Assembly (NCBI RefSeq): GCF_017348835.2
Contig: NZ_CP071375.1
Direction: 5' to 3' (one strand)
Origin: Escherichia coli
GTDB taxonomy: Bacteria; Pseudomonadota; Gammaproteobacteria; Enterobacterales; Enterobacteriaceae
Length of the DNA stretch: 64,000 bases
Position numbers and translations under genes: made by a program. The notes beneath the pieces are model-generated. The model was not told the DNA's origin, ran no database searches, and saw nothing but the letters and a program-made list of their open reading frames with translations. Position 1 is the stretch's first letter. Each line of letters opens with the position of its first letter. Positions 21,101 to 32,298 of this stretch are shown here, piece by piece.

Positions 21101-21457
21101 TTACATCTGGGCTGAAAACTCACGTTCTAAGACATCAACAATGAGCTGGTTTTTTGAAATGGAATGTTGTCTGGCGACGATGGTCAGCCGCGAATCAATG
21201 TGATGAGGAACACGAAGCGTCAGGCGTTTTTGCTCTTCTTCTTCACGAAAAGGGGCAATACCGTCCTCTTCACAATCCGCCATCCACTCATCCAGCGCGC
21301 TTTCGCCCTCACGATATAATGCCTCAATGCTTGTGGCTACAAAGTCACAATAACCGTTTACATTGAGGAATTTGCCGCGAAATGCATTGATATCGGCTTC
21401 AAATGTCACTGCGGCTGGTTGACCTTTAATTGTGATAATGTTCGATGCTTTATTCAT
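21101..21457 (-). CDS. HicB-like antitoxin (N-terminal HicB fold, C-terminal ribbon-helix-helix)
   Basis: 118 aa; ...FEADINAFRGKFLNVNGYCDFVATSIEAL...EDGIAPF... then RLTLRVPHHIDSRLTIVARQHSISKNQLIVDVLEREF. Confidence 0.5.
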   Translation of the reverse strand: MNKASNIITIKGQPAAVTFEADINAFRGKFLNVNGYCDFVATSIEALYREGESALDEWMADCEEDGIAPFREEEEQKRLTLRVPHHIDSRLTIVARQHSISKNQLIVDVLEREFSAQM

Positions 21458-21749
21458 AATCTACCCCTACACAGTTAACAAACCACTCCTTAAGACCTGC
21501 TACTGCGCCTTTATCCATCACATTCTTTGGATGTGGCTCATGTGTACTGAATTTGGTCGTTCCAATCTGAAATTTCCTTCTGGACCCATTGTTATTTTTT
21601 ATTGTTCCACCCACCGCTTTAATGAGCGCAACAACATCATCCCATTTAATTCCAGATTTTGGCGGCTCCGTCATTACATCGTCGAATGTTTTTCTATGGC
21701 GGGAGCCTAGCGCGCTGACCTTAATCATACTATCAATCCATGACATCAT
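21450..21749 (-). CDS. HicA-like toxin (start uncertain; may be shorter than the 99-aa ORF)
   Basis: ...GSRRKFQIGTTKFSTHEPHPKNVMDKGAVAGLKEWF resembles the HicA signature; stop overlaps the HicB-like start. Confidence 0.45.
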   Translation of the reverse strand: MMSWIDSMIKVSALGSRHRKTFDDVMTEPPKSGIKWDDVVALIKAVGGTIKNNNGSRRKFQIGTTKFSTHEPHPKNVMDKGAVAGLKEWFVNCVGVDYE

Positions 21750-21832
21750 TGTATGGTGTCATCGTAGTATGTTTGCAATGTGACGTCAATCAATGGTGTC
21801 AGATGCATGCAAAGCATGGAAAAGAATCCCCA

Positions 21833-23572
21833 TCAACTCAACGCCCCCATAATCTTCAACTCCAGCTCATCCGGCACTTCGTTATACGACAGCACATGCA
21901 GCCCCGGCGCAAACAACCTTGCGTAGCGCGCTAGCAAAGGGCGCAGCTGCGGCGGCACCAGCAGCACCGGGTCTTTCCCCGCCGCTTTCATCTGCTCCTT
22001 CACCTGCGGCATCGTGCTCTGGAACTGGTTGAGCATATTCGGGTCGACCGGCACGCTGTCGAGCATCACTTTGCCGCCCTGTTGCGCCTGATTCACCACG
22101 TTGGTCAGCAGATTTTCCAGCTCATTATTCAGCGTATACACCGTCAGCTCCTGCTTGCGAACGAAAGGATGAGTAATGCTGCGCCGCAGCGCCAGGCGCA
22201 CATCGGCCGCCAGCAGAATATGATCTTTGGTCACCGCGCTACTGGCGACCAGCACGGTGGCGATGGTGACGATGTCGCGCAGGGAAACGCCTTCGGTCAG
22301 CAGCGCACGGTACACTTTCAGCAACTGGCTGTAATTCAGCGCCGCGCTCAAATCCTCCGCCAGGCGCGGTGCCATTGACGACAAACGGTTATGCAACTGC
22401 GTGATGTCATCATAGTTAAACAAATCAGGAATATAACTGCGCACAATCTTATTCACATGGGTGGCAATCACGCTGGCGCTGTCGATCACCTGATACCCCA
22501 TATTCAGCGCCTTCGCTTTCTGCGCAGGCTGGATCCAGGTGACTGGCATCCCATACGCCGGGTCGTTCCCCAGCACGCCGTCTATCTCGCCGTAGGTTTC
22601 GCTGGAGGGCAGGGCCATCAGTTTATCCGCCGGAATATCCGCTTCATCAGCCTTAATGCCGTTGATGAAAATGGCGTACTGGCTGGGCTTGAGGCGGAAA
22701 TTTTCCCTAATGCGGATCTCCGGCAGCAGCACGCCGTTGCCGTCGGATATCACCTGCCGCACGCCGCGGATCCGCTGGGTGAGCGGGTTACCCTGTGCTT
22801 TATCGACCAGCGCTACTAGCTTGTAGCCAAGGCTTAAGCTGATGGGTTCGATCAGCGGAATGGTTTCCCAACTGACCTGTTGCTCGCTGGTTTCAGTGAT
22901 GGTGCGGGTCAGCGTTTCGAGGCTTTTCTCCTCCGCCTCTGCCGCCTGCGGCTGTTTGCTCATTCGCCAGCCGGTAAAGCCAAGCAGGGCGCTGAACATC
23001 AGGAACGGCAGGTGCGGCATCCCCGGCACCACTGCCAGCACAAACATAATTCCGGTAGCGGTGTAGAGCACCGACGGGCTTGCCAGCAGTTGGTTACGCA
23101 CGTCATGGGCGATATCGCCGTTGTCGCTGACGCGGGTGACGATAATCGCCGCTGCGGTGGAGAGCAGCAGGGAAGGGATCTGCGCCACCAGCCCATCGCC
23201 GATGGTCATCAGCACATATTGCTGGAAGGCGGCATCGGCGCTCAGGTTGTATTTGAAGATCCTGATACAGACGCCGCCGATCAGGTTGATCGCCAGAATC
23301 ATCATCCCGGCGATGGCATCCCCGCGCACAAACTTCGATGCCCCGTCCATCGCGCCGTAGAAATCGGCTTCGCTGGCGACATCTTTACGCCGGGTTTGCG
23401 CCTGCGCCTGGTTGATCAATCCGGCGTTAAGGTCGGCGTCAATCGCCATCTGCTTGCCGGGCATCGCGTCAAGGGTAAAGCGGGCAGAAACCTCGGAAAT
23501 ACGCTCGGCCCCTTTGGTGACGACAATAAAGTTGATTGTCAACAGCGTCAGTAAATCCGAGCGTGAAAGCAT
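21833..23572 (-). pseudogene. lfhA: FlhA-family export protein remnant lacking its N-terminal membrane domain (Flag-2 remnant)
   Basis: 579-aa product homologous to the FlhA central and C-terminal regions; first ~110 aa absent. Confidence 0.8.
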
Positions 23573-24302
23573 TATCGCCGCGCTGCACGGGCAGTCGATT
23601 TTTAACGGTGGTGGGCTGTCGCCGTTAAATAAAATCAGCCCGTCTCATCCGCCAAAACCTGCCACCGTGGCGGTGCCGGAAGAGACGGAGAAAAAAGCGC
23701 GTGATGTGAATGAGAAAACGGCGCTGCTGAAGAAGAAATCCGCCACCGAGCTTGGCGAGTTGGCAACCAGTATCAACACCATTGCCCGTGATGCGCATAT
23801 GGAAGCGAATCTGGAGATGGAGATTGTTCCCCAGGGATTACGCGTGCTGATTAAAGACGACCAGAATCGCAATATGTTCGAACGCGGCAGCGCGAAGATT
23901 ATGCCGTTCTTTAAAACGCTGCTGGTGGAGCTAGCGCCAGTGTTCGACTCGCTCGATAACAAAATTATTATTACCGGGCATACCGATGCGATGGCCTACA
24001 AAAACAATATCTACAACAACTGGAACCTTTCGGGCGATCGCGCGCTTTCAGCTCGTCGGGTGCTGGAAGAGGCCGGAATGCCGGAAGATAAAGTGATGCA
24101 GGTAAGCGCAATGGCGGACCAGATGCTGCTGGATGCCAAAAATCCGCAAAGCGCGGGCAATCGGCGTATTGAGATTATGGTGCTGACCAAAAGTGCGTCC
24201 GATACGCTGTATCAATACTTTGGTCAGCATGGGGATAAAGTGGTGCAGCCACTGGTGCAAAAGCTGGATAAGCAGCAGGTGCTTTCGCAGCGAACGCGTT
24301 AA
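23412..24302 (+). pseudogene. lafU: MotB/OmpA-like protein remnant (Flag-2 remnant); true start uncertain, ORF overlaps lfhA
   Basis: C-terminal OmpA-like domain (IIITGHTDAMAYKNNIYNNWNLSGDRALSARRVLEE); no N-terminal transmembrane segment. Confidence 0.65.
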
Positions 24303-24338
24303 ATGCTGAATCTTTACGCATTTCTCAAACCCTGAAAT

Positions 24339-24358
24339 CACTGTATACTTTACCAGTG
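24339..24358. promoter_or_regulatory. LexA box of the dinB promoter
   Basis: CACTGTATACTTTACCAGTG 15 bp upstream of the dinB ATG. Confidence 0.7.
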
Positions 24359-24372
24359 TTGAGAGGTGAGCA

Positions 24373-25428
24373 ATGCGTAAAATCATTCATGTGGATATGG
24401 ACTGCTTTTTCGCAGCGGTGGAGATGCGCGACAATCCCGCCCTGCGCGATATCCCTATTGCTATTGGCGGCAGCCGCGAACGTCGAGGGGTGATCAGCAC
24501 CGCCAATTATCCCGCGCGTAAATTTGGCGTACGTAGCGCTATGCCGACAGGGATGGCGCTCAAATTATGCCCACATCTCACCTTGCTTCCGGGGCGCTTT
24601 GACGCCTACAAAGAAGCCTCAAATCATATCCGTGAAATCTTCTCGCGCTACACCTCGCGCATTGAACCGTTGTCACTGGATGAAGCCTATCTCGATGTCA
24701 CCGATAGCGTCCATTGCCACGGTTCTGCGACCCTCATCGCCCAGGAAATCCGCCAGACGATTTTCAGCGAGCTGCAACTGACGGCGTCTGCGGGCGTGGC
24801 ACCAGTAAAGTTTCTCGCCAAAATCGCCTCCGACATGAATAAACCCAACGGCCAGTTTGTGATTACGCCGGCAGAAGTTCCGGCATTTTTACAAACCTTA
24901 CCACTGGCAAAAATCCCCGGCGTCGGCAAAGTCTCGGCGGCAAAACTGGAAGCGATGGGGCTGCGGACCTGCGGTGATGTACAAAAGTGTGATCTGGTGA
25001 TGCTGCTTAAACGCTTTGGCAAATTTGGCCGCATTTTGTGGGAGCGTAGTCAGGGGATTGACGAACGCGATGTTAACAGCGAACGGTTGCGAAAATCCGT
25101 CGGCGTGGAACGCACGATGGCGGAAGATATTCATCACTGGTCTGAATGTGAAGCGATTATCGAGCGGCTGTATCCGGAACTTGAACGCCGTCTGGCAAAG
25201 GTAAAACCTGATTTACTGATTGCTCGCCAGGGGGTGAAATTAAAGTTCGACGATTTTCAGCAAACCACTCAGGAGCACGTCTGGCCGCGGCTGAATAAAG
25301 CTGACTTAATCGCCACCGCGCGTAAAACCTGGGATGAACGCCGCGGCGGGCGCGGTGTGCGACTGGTGGGGCTGCATGTGACGTTGCTTGACCCGCAAAT
25401 GGAAAGACAACTGGTGCTGGGATTATGA
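24373..25428 (+). CDS. dinB: DNA polymerase IV
   Basis: 351-aa product [33 protein letters not shown]... Confidence 0.95.
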   Translation: MRKIIHVDMDCFFAAVEMRDNPALRDIPIAIGGSRERRGVISTANYPARKFGVRSAMPTGMALKLCPHLTLLPGRFDAYKEASNHIREIFSRYTSRIEPLSLDEAYLDVTDSVHCHGSATLIAQEIRQTIFSELQLTASAGVAPVKFLAKIASDMNKPNGQFVITPAEVPAFLQTLPLAKIPGVGKVSAAKLEAMGLRTCGDVQKCDLVMLLKRFGKFGRILWERSQGIDERDVNSERLRKSVGVERTMAEDIHHWSECEAIIERLYPELERRLAKVKPDLLIARQGVKLKFDDFQQTTQEHVWPRLNKADLIATARKTWDERRGGRGVRLVGLHVTLLDPQMERQLVLGL

Positions 25429-25877
25429 ATAACATACAAATAAGAAACTATCAGCCTGGCGATTTTCAGCAACTATGCGCTATTTTCATTAGAGCGGTTA
25501 TGATGACCGCCAGTCAGCATTATTCACCACAACAAATTGCCGCCTGGGCGCAGATTGACGAATCTCGCTGGAAGGAGAAACTCGCGAAATCACAAGTGCG
25601 GGTTGCAGTCATTAATGCACAACCGGTTGGTTTTATTTCCCGCATTGAACATTATATCGATATGTTATTTGTTGACCCTGAATACACCCGCCGTGGGGTT
25701 GCCAGCGCTTTGTTAAAACCTTGGATTAAGTCTGAATCCGAACTTACGGTGGACGCAAGCATAACCGCAAAACCCTTTTTTGAACGTTATGGTTTTCAGA
25801 CAGTTAAGCAGCAGCGCGTTGAATGCCGGGGAGCGTGGTTTACTAATTTTTCTATGCGATATAAACCGCAACATTAA
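25425..25877 (+). CDS. yafP: GNAT-family acetyltransferase YafP
   Basis: 150-aa product; ATG overlaps the dinB stop. Confidence 0.85.
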   Translation: MNNIQIRNYQPGDFQQLCAIFIRAVMMTASQHYSPQQIAAWAQIDESRWKEKLAKSQVRVAVINAQPVGFISRIEHYIDMLFVDPEYTRRGVASALLKPWIKSESELTVDASITAKPFFERYGFQTVKQQRVECRGAWFTNFSMRYKPQH

Positions 25878-26183
25878 ATCCAGCTTGCAATGAAAATAAC
25901 GCCCGCCTGGTATGTGCGCGTTTTCTTATTCCACAAACTGCAAGGAGGTAAATCATGACAAATCCTTTATCAATGACTCTTTGCAGACCTTTCCAGGATT
26001 AATTCTTTTTTTCTTGCCCTGGATTCGTCTGCCATTTCCTGATTTTTAATATTTATATACTCTAAATAATTCGAGTTGCAGGAAGGTGACAAGCGAGTGA
26101 ATCGCCAGGAGCTTACTAAAGTAAGTGACTGGGGTGAACGAACGCAGTCGCAGTACATGCAACTTGAAGTATGACGAGTATAA

Positions 26184-26400
26184 ATGGAATGGTACATGGG
26201 CAAATATATTCGTCCCTTATCCGATGCGGTATTTACCATCGCATCTGATGACCTGTGGATCGAGAGTTTAGCGATCCAACAATTACACACCACGGCAAAT
26301 TTACCCAACATGCAGCGCGTAGTGGGGATGCCAGATTTACACCCCGGACGCGGCTACCCGATTGGCGCAGCGTTCTTCTCTGTTGGTCGTTTTTACCCGA
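26184..26400 (+). pseudogene. ykfJ: RtcB-family fragment
   Basis: [16 protein letters not shown] motif typical of the RtcB N-terminus; only ~70 aa before a frame change into prfH. Confidence 0.6.
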
Positions 26401-26828
26401 CAAGACGTCGCGGTAACAGTGCTGGAAACAGAAACAGGTCGTTACTCTGACACCCTGCGTTCAGCGCTGGTTTCTCTGAATGGCGACAACGCATGGGCAT
26501 TAAGCGAAAGCTGGTATGGCACTATTCAGTGGATTTGTCGGAGTCCGTATCGCCCACATCATGGGCGTAAAAACTGGTTTCTGGGCATTGGGCGTTTTAC
26601 TGCTGATGAGCAGGAACAATCCGACGCGGTCCGTTATGAGACGCTGCGTTCGTCGGGGCCGGGCGGTCAACATGTCAATAAAACCGATTCGGCGGTGCGC
26701 GCCACGCATCTGGCTACCTGGATTAGCGTGAAGGTTCAGTCAGAGCGCAGCCAGCATGCCAACAAGCGGCTGGCACGATTGCTGATTGAACCGCCCCGGG
26801 TTTCCTGGAGAGTGTTTTATCTGTGAAC

Positions 26829-27716
26829 TCAGGCTGCCAGATCATTATTTCCGATGGAAGCATAATAAGCTTTTTCTGCTTCTGCCGGAGGAATATGGCC
26901 CAGCCTTTCCAGCAATCGTCGATTGTTATACCAGTCCACCCACGTTAGTGTGGCCAGTTCCACTTCTGTCCGGTTTTTCCAGCTCTTACGGTGTATTACC
27001 TCCGCTTTGTAAAGACCATTGATGCTCTCCGCCATCGCGTTGTCATACGAGTCGCCAGTACTCCCTGTTGATGCCAGTAATCCGGCTTCCTTAAGCCGCT
27101 GCGTGTAGGCCAGCGATACATACTGAGAACCTTTATCACTGTGATGGATTGTGCCGGACGGCCGACGGGCCCACAACGCCTGCTCCAGTGCATCCAGCAC
27201 GAATGTTGTTTCCATGGATGATGAGACCTGCCATCCCACGATGTATCCGGCGAACACATCAATGATGAACGCCACATAAACGAAGCCCTGCCATGTGCTT
27301 ACCCAGGTAAAATCAGCCACCCACAACTGGTCTGGACGTTCTGCCACGAACTGACGGTTTACGCGGTCGCATGCGGCAACGGCTTTCCGGCTGACGGTAG
27401 TGCGGACCTTTTTACCCCGGAGAACACCGGCAAGTCCCATAACTGCCATGAGACGTGCCACAGTGCATCTGGCCACTCTGATACCTTCCCGTAACAACTG
27501 ACGCCAGACTTTACGCACACCGTATACCTGGTGATTTTCATCGTATACGCGCTGTATCTCTTTCTTCAGCCAGTCATCGTGCTGCGCACGGGCACTGCGT
27601 TTATCCGGATGATGTCGCTGTTGCTGACAATGGTAATACGTTGACGGGGCAATATGCAGTTCGCTGCATACCGGTCCGACCCCGTACTGCTCACGCAGCT
27701 TATCCAGCAGTGGCAT
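26829..27716 (-). CDS. IS629-like transposase OrfB (DDE catalytic domain)
   Basis: 295 aa; start overlaps the orfA stop, consistent with IS3-type frameshifting. Confidence 0.85.
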   Translation of the reverse strand: MPLLDKLREQYGVGPVCSELHIAPSTYYHCQQQRHHPDKRSARAQHDDWLKKEIQRVYDENHQVYGVRKVWRQLLREGIRVARCTVARLMAVMGLAGVLRGKKVRTTVSRKAVAACDRVNRQFVAERPDQLWVADFTWVSTWQGFVYVAFIIDVFAGYIVGWQVSSSMETTFVLDALEQALWARRPSGTIHHSDKGSQYVSLAYTQRLKEAGLLASTGSTGDSYDNAMAESINGLYKAEVIHRKSWKNRTEVELATLTWVDWYNNRRLLERLGHIPPAEAEKAYYASIGNNDLAA

Positions 27717-28042
27717 TATTTTTTCCAGAGGCGGTCGAACTCCGCCTTCGCAAAATAAGCGGAAGCCTGGCGAAGGATATCGTTACTGCGGCGCAGTTCA
27801 CGATTTTCACGTTCCAGCTCTTTCAGACGCTGACGTTCAGCGGTGGTGAGTCCACCATCACCACTCCCGGTATCCCGCTCATGCTGGCGAACCCAGACAC
27901 GCAGAGTCTCCGGCGTACAGCCAATCTTTGGGGCAATGGAACAAATTGCCGCCCACTGTGAGTCATATTCATCCTGACTTTCCAGAACCATACGAATCGC
28001 CCGCTGACGGACTTCGGGGGAAAAACGAGTATTTTTAGTCAT
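27716..28042 (-). CDS. IS629-like transposase OrfA
   Basis: 108 aa, [26 protein letters not shown]..., helix-turn-helix. Confidence 0.85.
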   Translation of the reverse strand: MTKNTRFSPEVRQRAIRMVLESQDEYDSQWAAICSIAPKIGCTPETLRVWVRQHERDTGSGDGGLTTAERQRLKELERENRELRRSNDILRQASAYFAKAEFDRLWKK

Positions 28043-28288
28043 CCTGTTTACCTCTTTCTCAGGGAGTTTAGTCTCCAGGATTTCCGGGGCGGTTCAGATT
28101 GCCTGGAAGCTGGAGCAACAGCAACAGGAAAATAGCGCAGTGCTGAAATCGCAGCGGCGAATGTTCCATCACCAGATTGAACGTGGCAACCCGCGACGAA
28201 CGTTTACAGGGATGGCTTTTATCGAAGGATAATGAAGGATGAAACTGCCGGAAGGCGATTAAACGCCATCCGGCAGCAAATCAAATAA

Positions 28289-29746
28289 TTACTTCGCTGG
28301 AATTTCTTTCAGCAGTTCAGTCAGCAGTGTCCAGTAATGACCTACGCTTTCGATGTGAACTTGCTCATCCGGAGAGTGTGGACCGGTGATTGTTGGCCCG
28401 ATAGAAACCATGTCCATTTCCGGATACGGTTTTTTGAACAGACCACATTCCAGGCCCGCGTGGATAATCTGGATGTTCGGCGTCTTGTTGAACAGACGCT
28501 GATAGGTTTCACGTACCAGATGCATCACCGGAGAGTTAGCGTCCGGCTGCCAGCCAGGATATGCGCCTTTCGCTTCGGTTTTCGCGCCAGCCAGTTTACC
28601 CAGCGAATCCAGCATGCTCACCACGTAGTCTTTACCGCTGTCGATCAGAGAACGGATCAGGCAGTGAATTTCTACATTATTGTCAGTCATGGTCACCACA
28701 CCGACGTTCAGGGAGGTTTCGACCACACCTTTTGCCACGTCGGAATTGCGGATAACACCGTTCGGGGTGGCGTTCAGCAGACGAATAAAGGTATCGCGAG
28801 ATTTCGCAATCAGGGCAGCTTTATCGTTCGCTACAGAGTCCAGCAACAAGGCCAGATTTTTCTCTTTCTCTGCCAGCTCGTTTTTCAGGATCTCCTGATA
28901 GGTATTCACCAGAGATTTCAGGGCGTCGACTTTATCAGCTGCGACAGCAATGGTCGCAAAGGCTTCACGCGGGATGGCGTTACGCAGTGTGCCGCCGTTG
29001 AAATCAATAAGACGCAGATCCAGTTCTTCTGCATGACCCGCCAGGAAGCGCACCAGCAGTTTGTTGGCATTACCCAGGCCAACGTGGATTTCACCGCCGG
29101 AGTGACCGCCTTTCAGACCTTTTAAGGTTAACTTGAAGGTTTCAAAACCAGCTGGAACCGCTTCACGATCTAAATGCAGGTTGGAGGTGAAGTCGATACC
29201 CCCCGCACAACCCATGTAGATTTCACCTTCTTCTTCGGAGTCGGTGTTAATCAGAATATCAGCCTGCAACCAGTTGCTCTGTAAGCCGAACGCACCGTCC
29301 ATACCGGCTTCTTCGGTCATGGTCAGCAGCACTTCCAGCGGACCGTGAACCACGTTTTCGTCAGCCAGAACCGCCAGCGCAGACGCCATACCAATGCCGT
29401 TATCCGCACCCAGCGTGGTGCCGCGCGCTTTAACCCATTCGCCATCAATATAAGGCTGGATAGGATCTTTCGTGAAGTCATGCACGGTGTCGTTATTTTT
29501 CTGCGGCACCATATCGAGGTGGGCCTGTAAGACGACCGGTTTACGATTTTCCATACCTGCGGTAGCAGGTTTACGAATCAGGATATTACCTACCTGATCG
29601 CGTTCGACATGGAAACCTTTCTCTTTTGCCCAACCAACAATGTATTCAGCGAGTTGCTCTTCATGATAGGACGGGTGAGGAATAGAACAGATTTTGGCAA
29701 AAATATCCCACAGCGGCTGTGGAGATAATTGAGACAGTTCAGACAC
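28289..29746 (-). CDS. pepD: Cytosol non-specific dipeptidase (aminoacyl-histidine dipeptidase)
   Basis: 485-aa product MSELSQLSPQPLWDIFAKICSIPHPS... Confidence 0.95.
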   Translation of the reverse strand: MSELSQLSPQPLWDIFAKICSIPHPSYHEEQLAEYIVGWAKEKGFHVERDQVGNILIRKPATAGMENRKPVVLQAHLDMVPQKNNDTVHDFTKDPIQPYIDGEWVKARGTTLGADNGIGMASALAVLADENVVHGPLEVLLTMTEEAGMDGAFGLQSNWLQADILINTDSEEEGEIYMGCAGGIDFTSNLHLDREAVPAGFETFKLTLKGLKGGHSGGEIHVGLGNANKLLVRFLAGHAEELDLRLIDFNGGTLRNAIPREAFATIAVAADKVDALKSLVNTYQEILKNELAEKEKNLALLLDSVANDKAALIAKSRDTFIRLLNATPNGVIRNSDVAKGVVETSLNVGVVTMTDNNVEIHCLIRSLIDSGKDYVVSMLDSLGKLAGAKTEAKGAYPGWQPDANSPVMHLVRETYQRLFNKTPNIQIIHAGLECGLFKKPYPEMDMVSIGPTITGPHSPDEQVHIESVGHYWTLLTELLKEIPAK

Positions 29747-30006
29747 GTTAAGTCTCCTTGTCGATCACCCGCAAAACAGTATTGCAGGTCACAGGGTTAG
29801 CAGAAAATGTTGTCAACACAAGACATGCTTGCGAGATATGTTTGAGAATACCACTTTATCCCGCGTCAGGGAGAGGCAGTGCGTAAAAAGACGCGGACTC
29901 ATGTGAAATACTGGTTTTTAGTGCGCCAGATCTCTATAATCTCGCGCAACCTATTTTCCCCTCGAACACTTTTTAAGCCGTAGATAAACAGGCTGGGACA
30001 CTTCAC

Positions 30007-30465
30007 ATGAGCGAAAAATACATCGTCACCTGGGACATGTTGCAGATCCATGCACGTAAACTCGCAAGCCGACTGATGCCTTCTGAACAATGGAAAGGCA
30101 TTATTGCCGTAAGCCGTGGCGGTCTGGTACCGGGTGCGTTACTGGCGCGTGAACTGGGTATTCGTCATGTCGATACCGTTTGTATTTCCAGCTACGATCA
30201 CGACAACCAGCGCGAGCTTAAAGTGCTGAAACGCGCAGAAGGCGATGGCGAAGGCTTCATCGTTATTGATGACCTGGTGGATACCGGTGGTACTGCGGTT
30301 GCGATTCGTGAAATGTATCCAAAAGCGCACTTTGTCACCATCTTTGCAAAACCGGCTGGTCGTCCGCTGGTTGATGACTATGTTGTTGATATCCCGCAAG
30401 ATACCTGGATTGAACAGCCGTGGGATATGGGTGTCGTATTCGTCCCGCCAATCTCCGGTCGCTAA
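30007..30465 (+). CDS. gpt: Xanthine-guanine phosphoribosyltransferase
   Basis: 152-aa product [23 protein letters not shown]... Confidence 0.95.
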
Positions 30466-30556
30466 TCTTTTCAACGCCTGGCACTGCCGGGCGTTGTTCT
30501 TTTTAACTTCAGGCGGGTTACAATAGTTTCCAGTAAGTATTCTGGAGGCTGCATCC

Positions 30557-31801
30557 ATGACACAGGCAAACCTGAGCGAAACCCTGTTCAAACCCCGCTT
30601 TAAACATCCTGAAACCTCGACGCTAGTCCGCCGCTTTAATCACGGCGCACAACCGCCTGTGCAGTCGGCCCTTGATGGTAAAACCATCCCTCACTGGTAT
30701 CGCATGATTAACCGTCTGATGTGGATCTGGCGCGGCATTGACCCACGTGAAATCCTCGACGTCCAGGCACGTATTGTGATGAGCGATGCCGAACGTACCG
30801 ACGATGATTTATACGATACGGTGATTGGCTACCGTGGCGGCAACTGGATTTATGAGTGGGCCACCCAGGCGATGGTGTGGCAACAAAAAGCCTGTGCGGA
30901 AGAAGATCCGCAACTCAGTGGGCGTCACTGGCTGCATGCGGCTACGTTGTACAACATTGCCGCCTATCCTCATCTGAAAGGAGATGACCTGGCCGAGCAA
31001 GCGCAGGCTTTGTCAAACCGCGCCTATGAAGAGGCCGCTCAGCGTCTACCGGGCACGATGCGGCAGATGGAGTTTACCGTACCCGGCGGTGCGCCCATCA
31101 CCGGCTTTTTGCATATGCCGAAAGGCGATGGCCCGTTCCCGACGGTATTAATGTGTGGTGGTCTGGATGCGATGCAGACGGACTATTACAGCCTGTATGA
31201 ACGTTATTTTGCGCCGCGCGGCATTGCGATGCTGACTATTGATATGCCGTCGGTGGGCTTTTCTTCAAAATGGAAGCTCACCCAGGACTCCAGCCTGTTG
31301 CATCAGCACGTCTTAAAGGCGCTGCCTAACGTACCGTGGGTGGATCACACTCGCGTCGCGGCCTTTGGTTTCCGTTTCGGCGCTAACGTTGCCGTGCGTC
31401 TGGCATACCTTGAATCGCCGCGTCTGAAAGCGGTTGCCTGTCTTGGTCCGGTAGTTCATACCCTGTTGAGTGATTTTAAGTGCCAGCAACAGGTGCCGGA
31501 AATGTATCTTGACGTTCTGGCGAGTCGTTTGGGGATGCATGATGCTTCCGACGAAGCGTTACGCGTGGAGCTGAATCGTTATTCATTAAAAGTGCAAGGA
31601 TTGCTGGGGCGTCGCTGCCCAACGCCAATGTTATCAGGCTACTGGAAGAACGATCCGTTCAGCCCGGAAGAGGACTCACGCTTAATCACCTCATCCTCTG
31701 CTGACGGTAAATTATTAGAGATCCCATTTAACCCGGTGTATCGGAATTTTGACAAAGGTCTTCAGGAAATCACGGACTGGATCGAAAAACGTTTGTGTTA
31801 A
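30557..31801 (+). CDS. frsA: Esterase FrsA
   Basis: 414-aa alpha/beta hydrolase matching FrsA. Confidence 0.9.
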
Positions 31802-32260
<459 letters not shown>

Positions 32261-32269
32261 GTGAAATGT

Positions 32270-32291
32270 GCCGGATGCATCACATCCGGCA
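32270..32291. terminator. Hairpin between convergent crl and phoE
   Basis: gccggatg-catca-catccggc. Confidence 0.5.
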
Positions 32292-32298
32292 ATAATCA

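Larger units (their letters stand above)
26787..28096 (-). mobile_element. IS3-family insertion sequence, IS629/IS1203-like, 1310 bp, flanked by 3-bp direct repeat GAT
   Basis: Terminal inverted repeats TGAACCGCCCCGG...; orfA/orfB pair; GAT at 26784-26786 and 28097-28099. Confidence 0.85.
26362..28232 (+). pseudogene. prfH: Peptide chain release factor homologue PrfH, N-terminally incomplete and split by an IS629-like insertion
   Basis: GGQ motif ([19 protein letters not shown]). Reading frame continues exactly after the IS (28098..28232: [21 protein letters not shown]...AFIEG). Confidence 0.8.

Noticed and set aside
22082-23554. Plus-strand ORFs antisense to lfhA, including a 224-aa ORF
   Set aside because: They are His/Arg-rich low-complexity translations of the reverse strand of an FlhA homologue.
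25970-26311. 113-aa minus-strand ORF downstream of yafP
   Set aside because: It has no recognisable features and overlaps the RtcB-like ykfJ remnant on the other strand.
28337-29125. 262-aa plus-strand ORF antisense to pepD
   Set aside because: It is fully inside pepD on the opposite strand, and pepD identity is clear.
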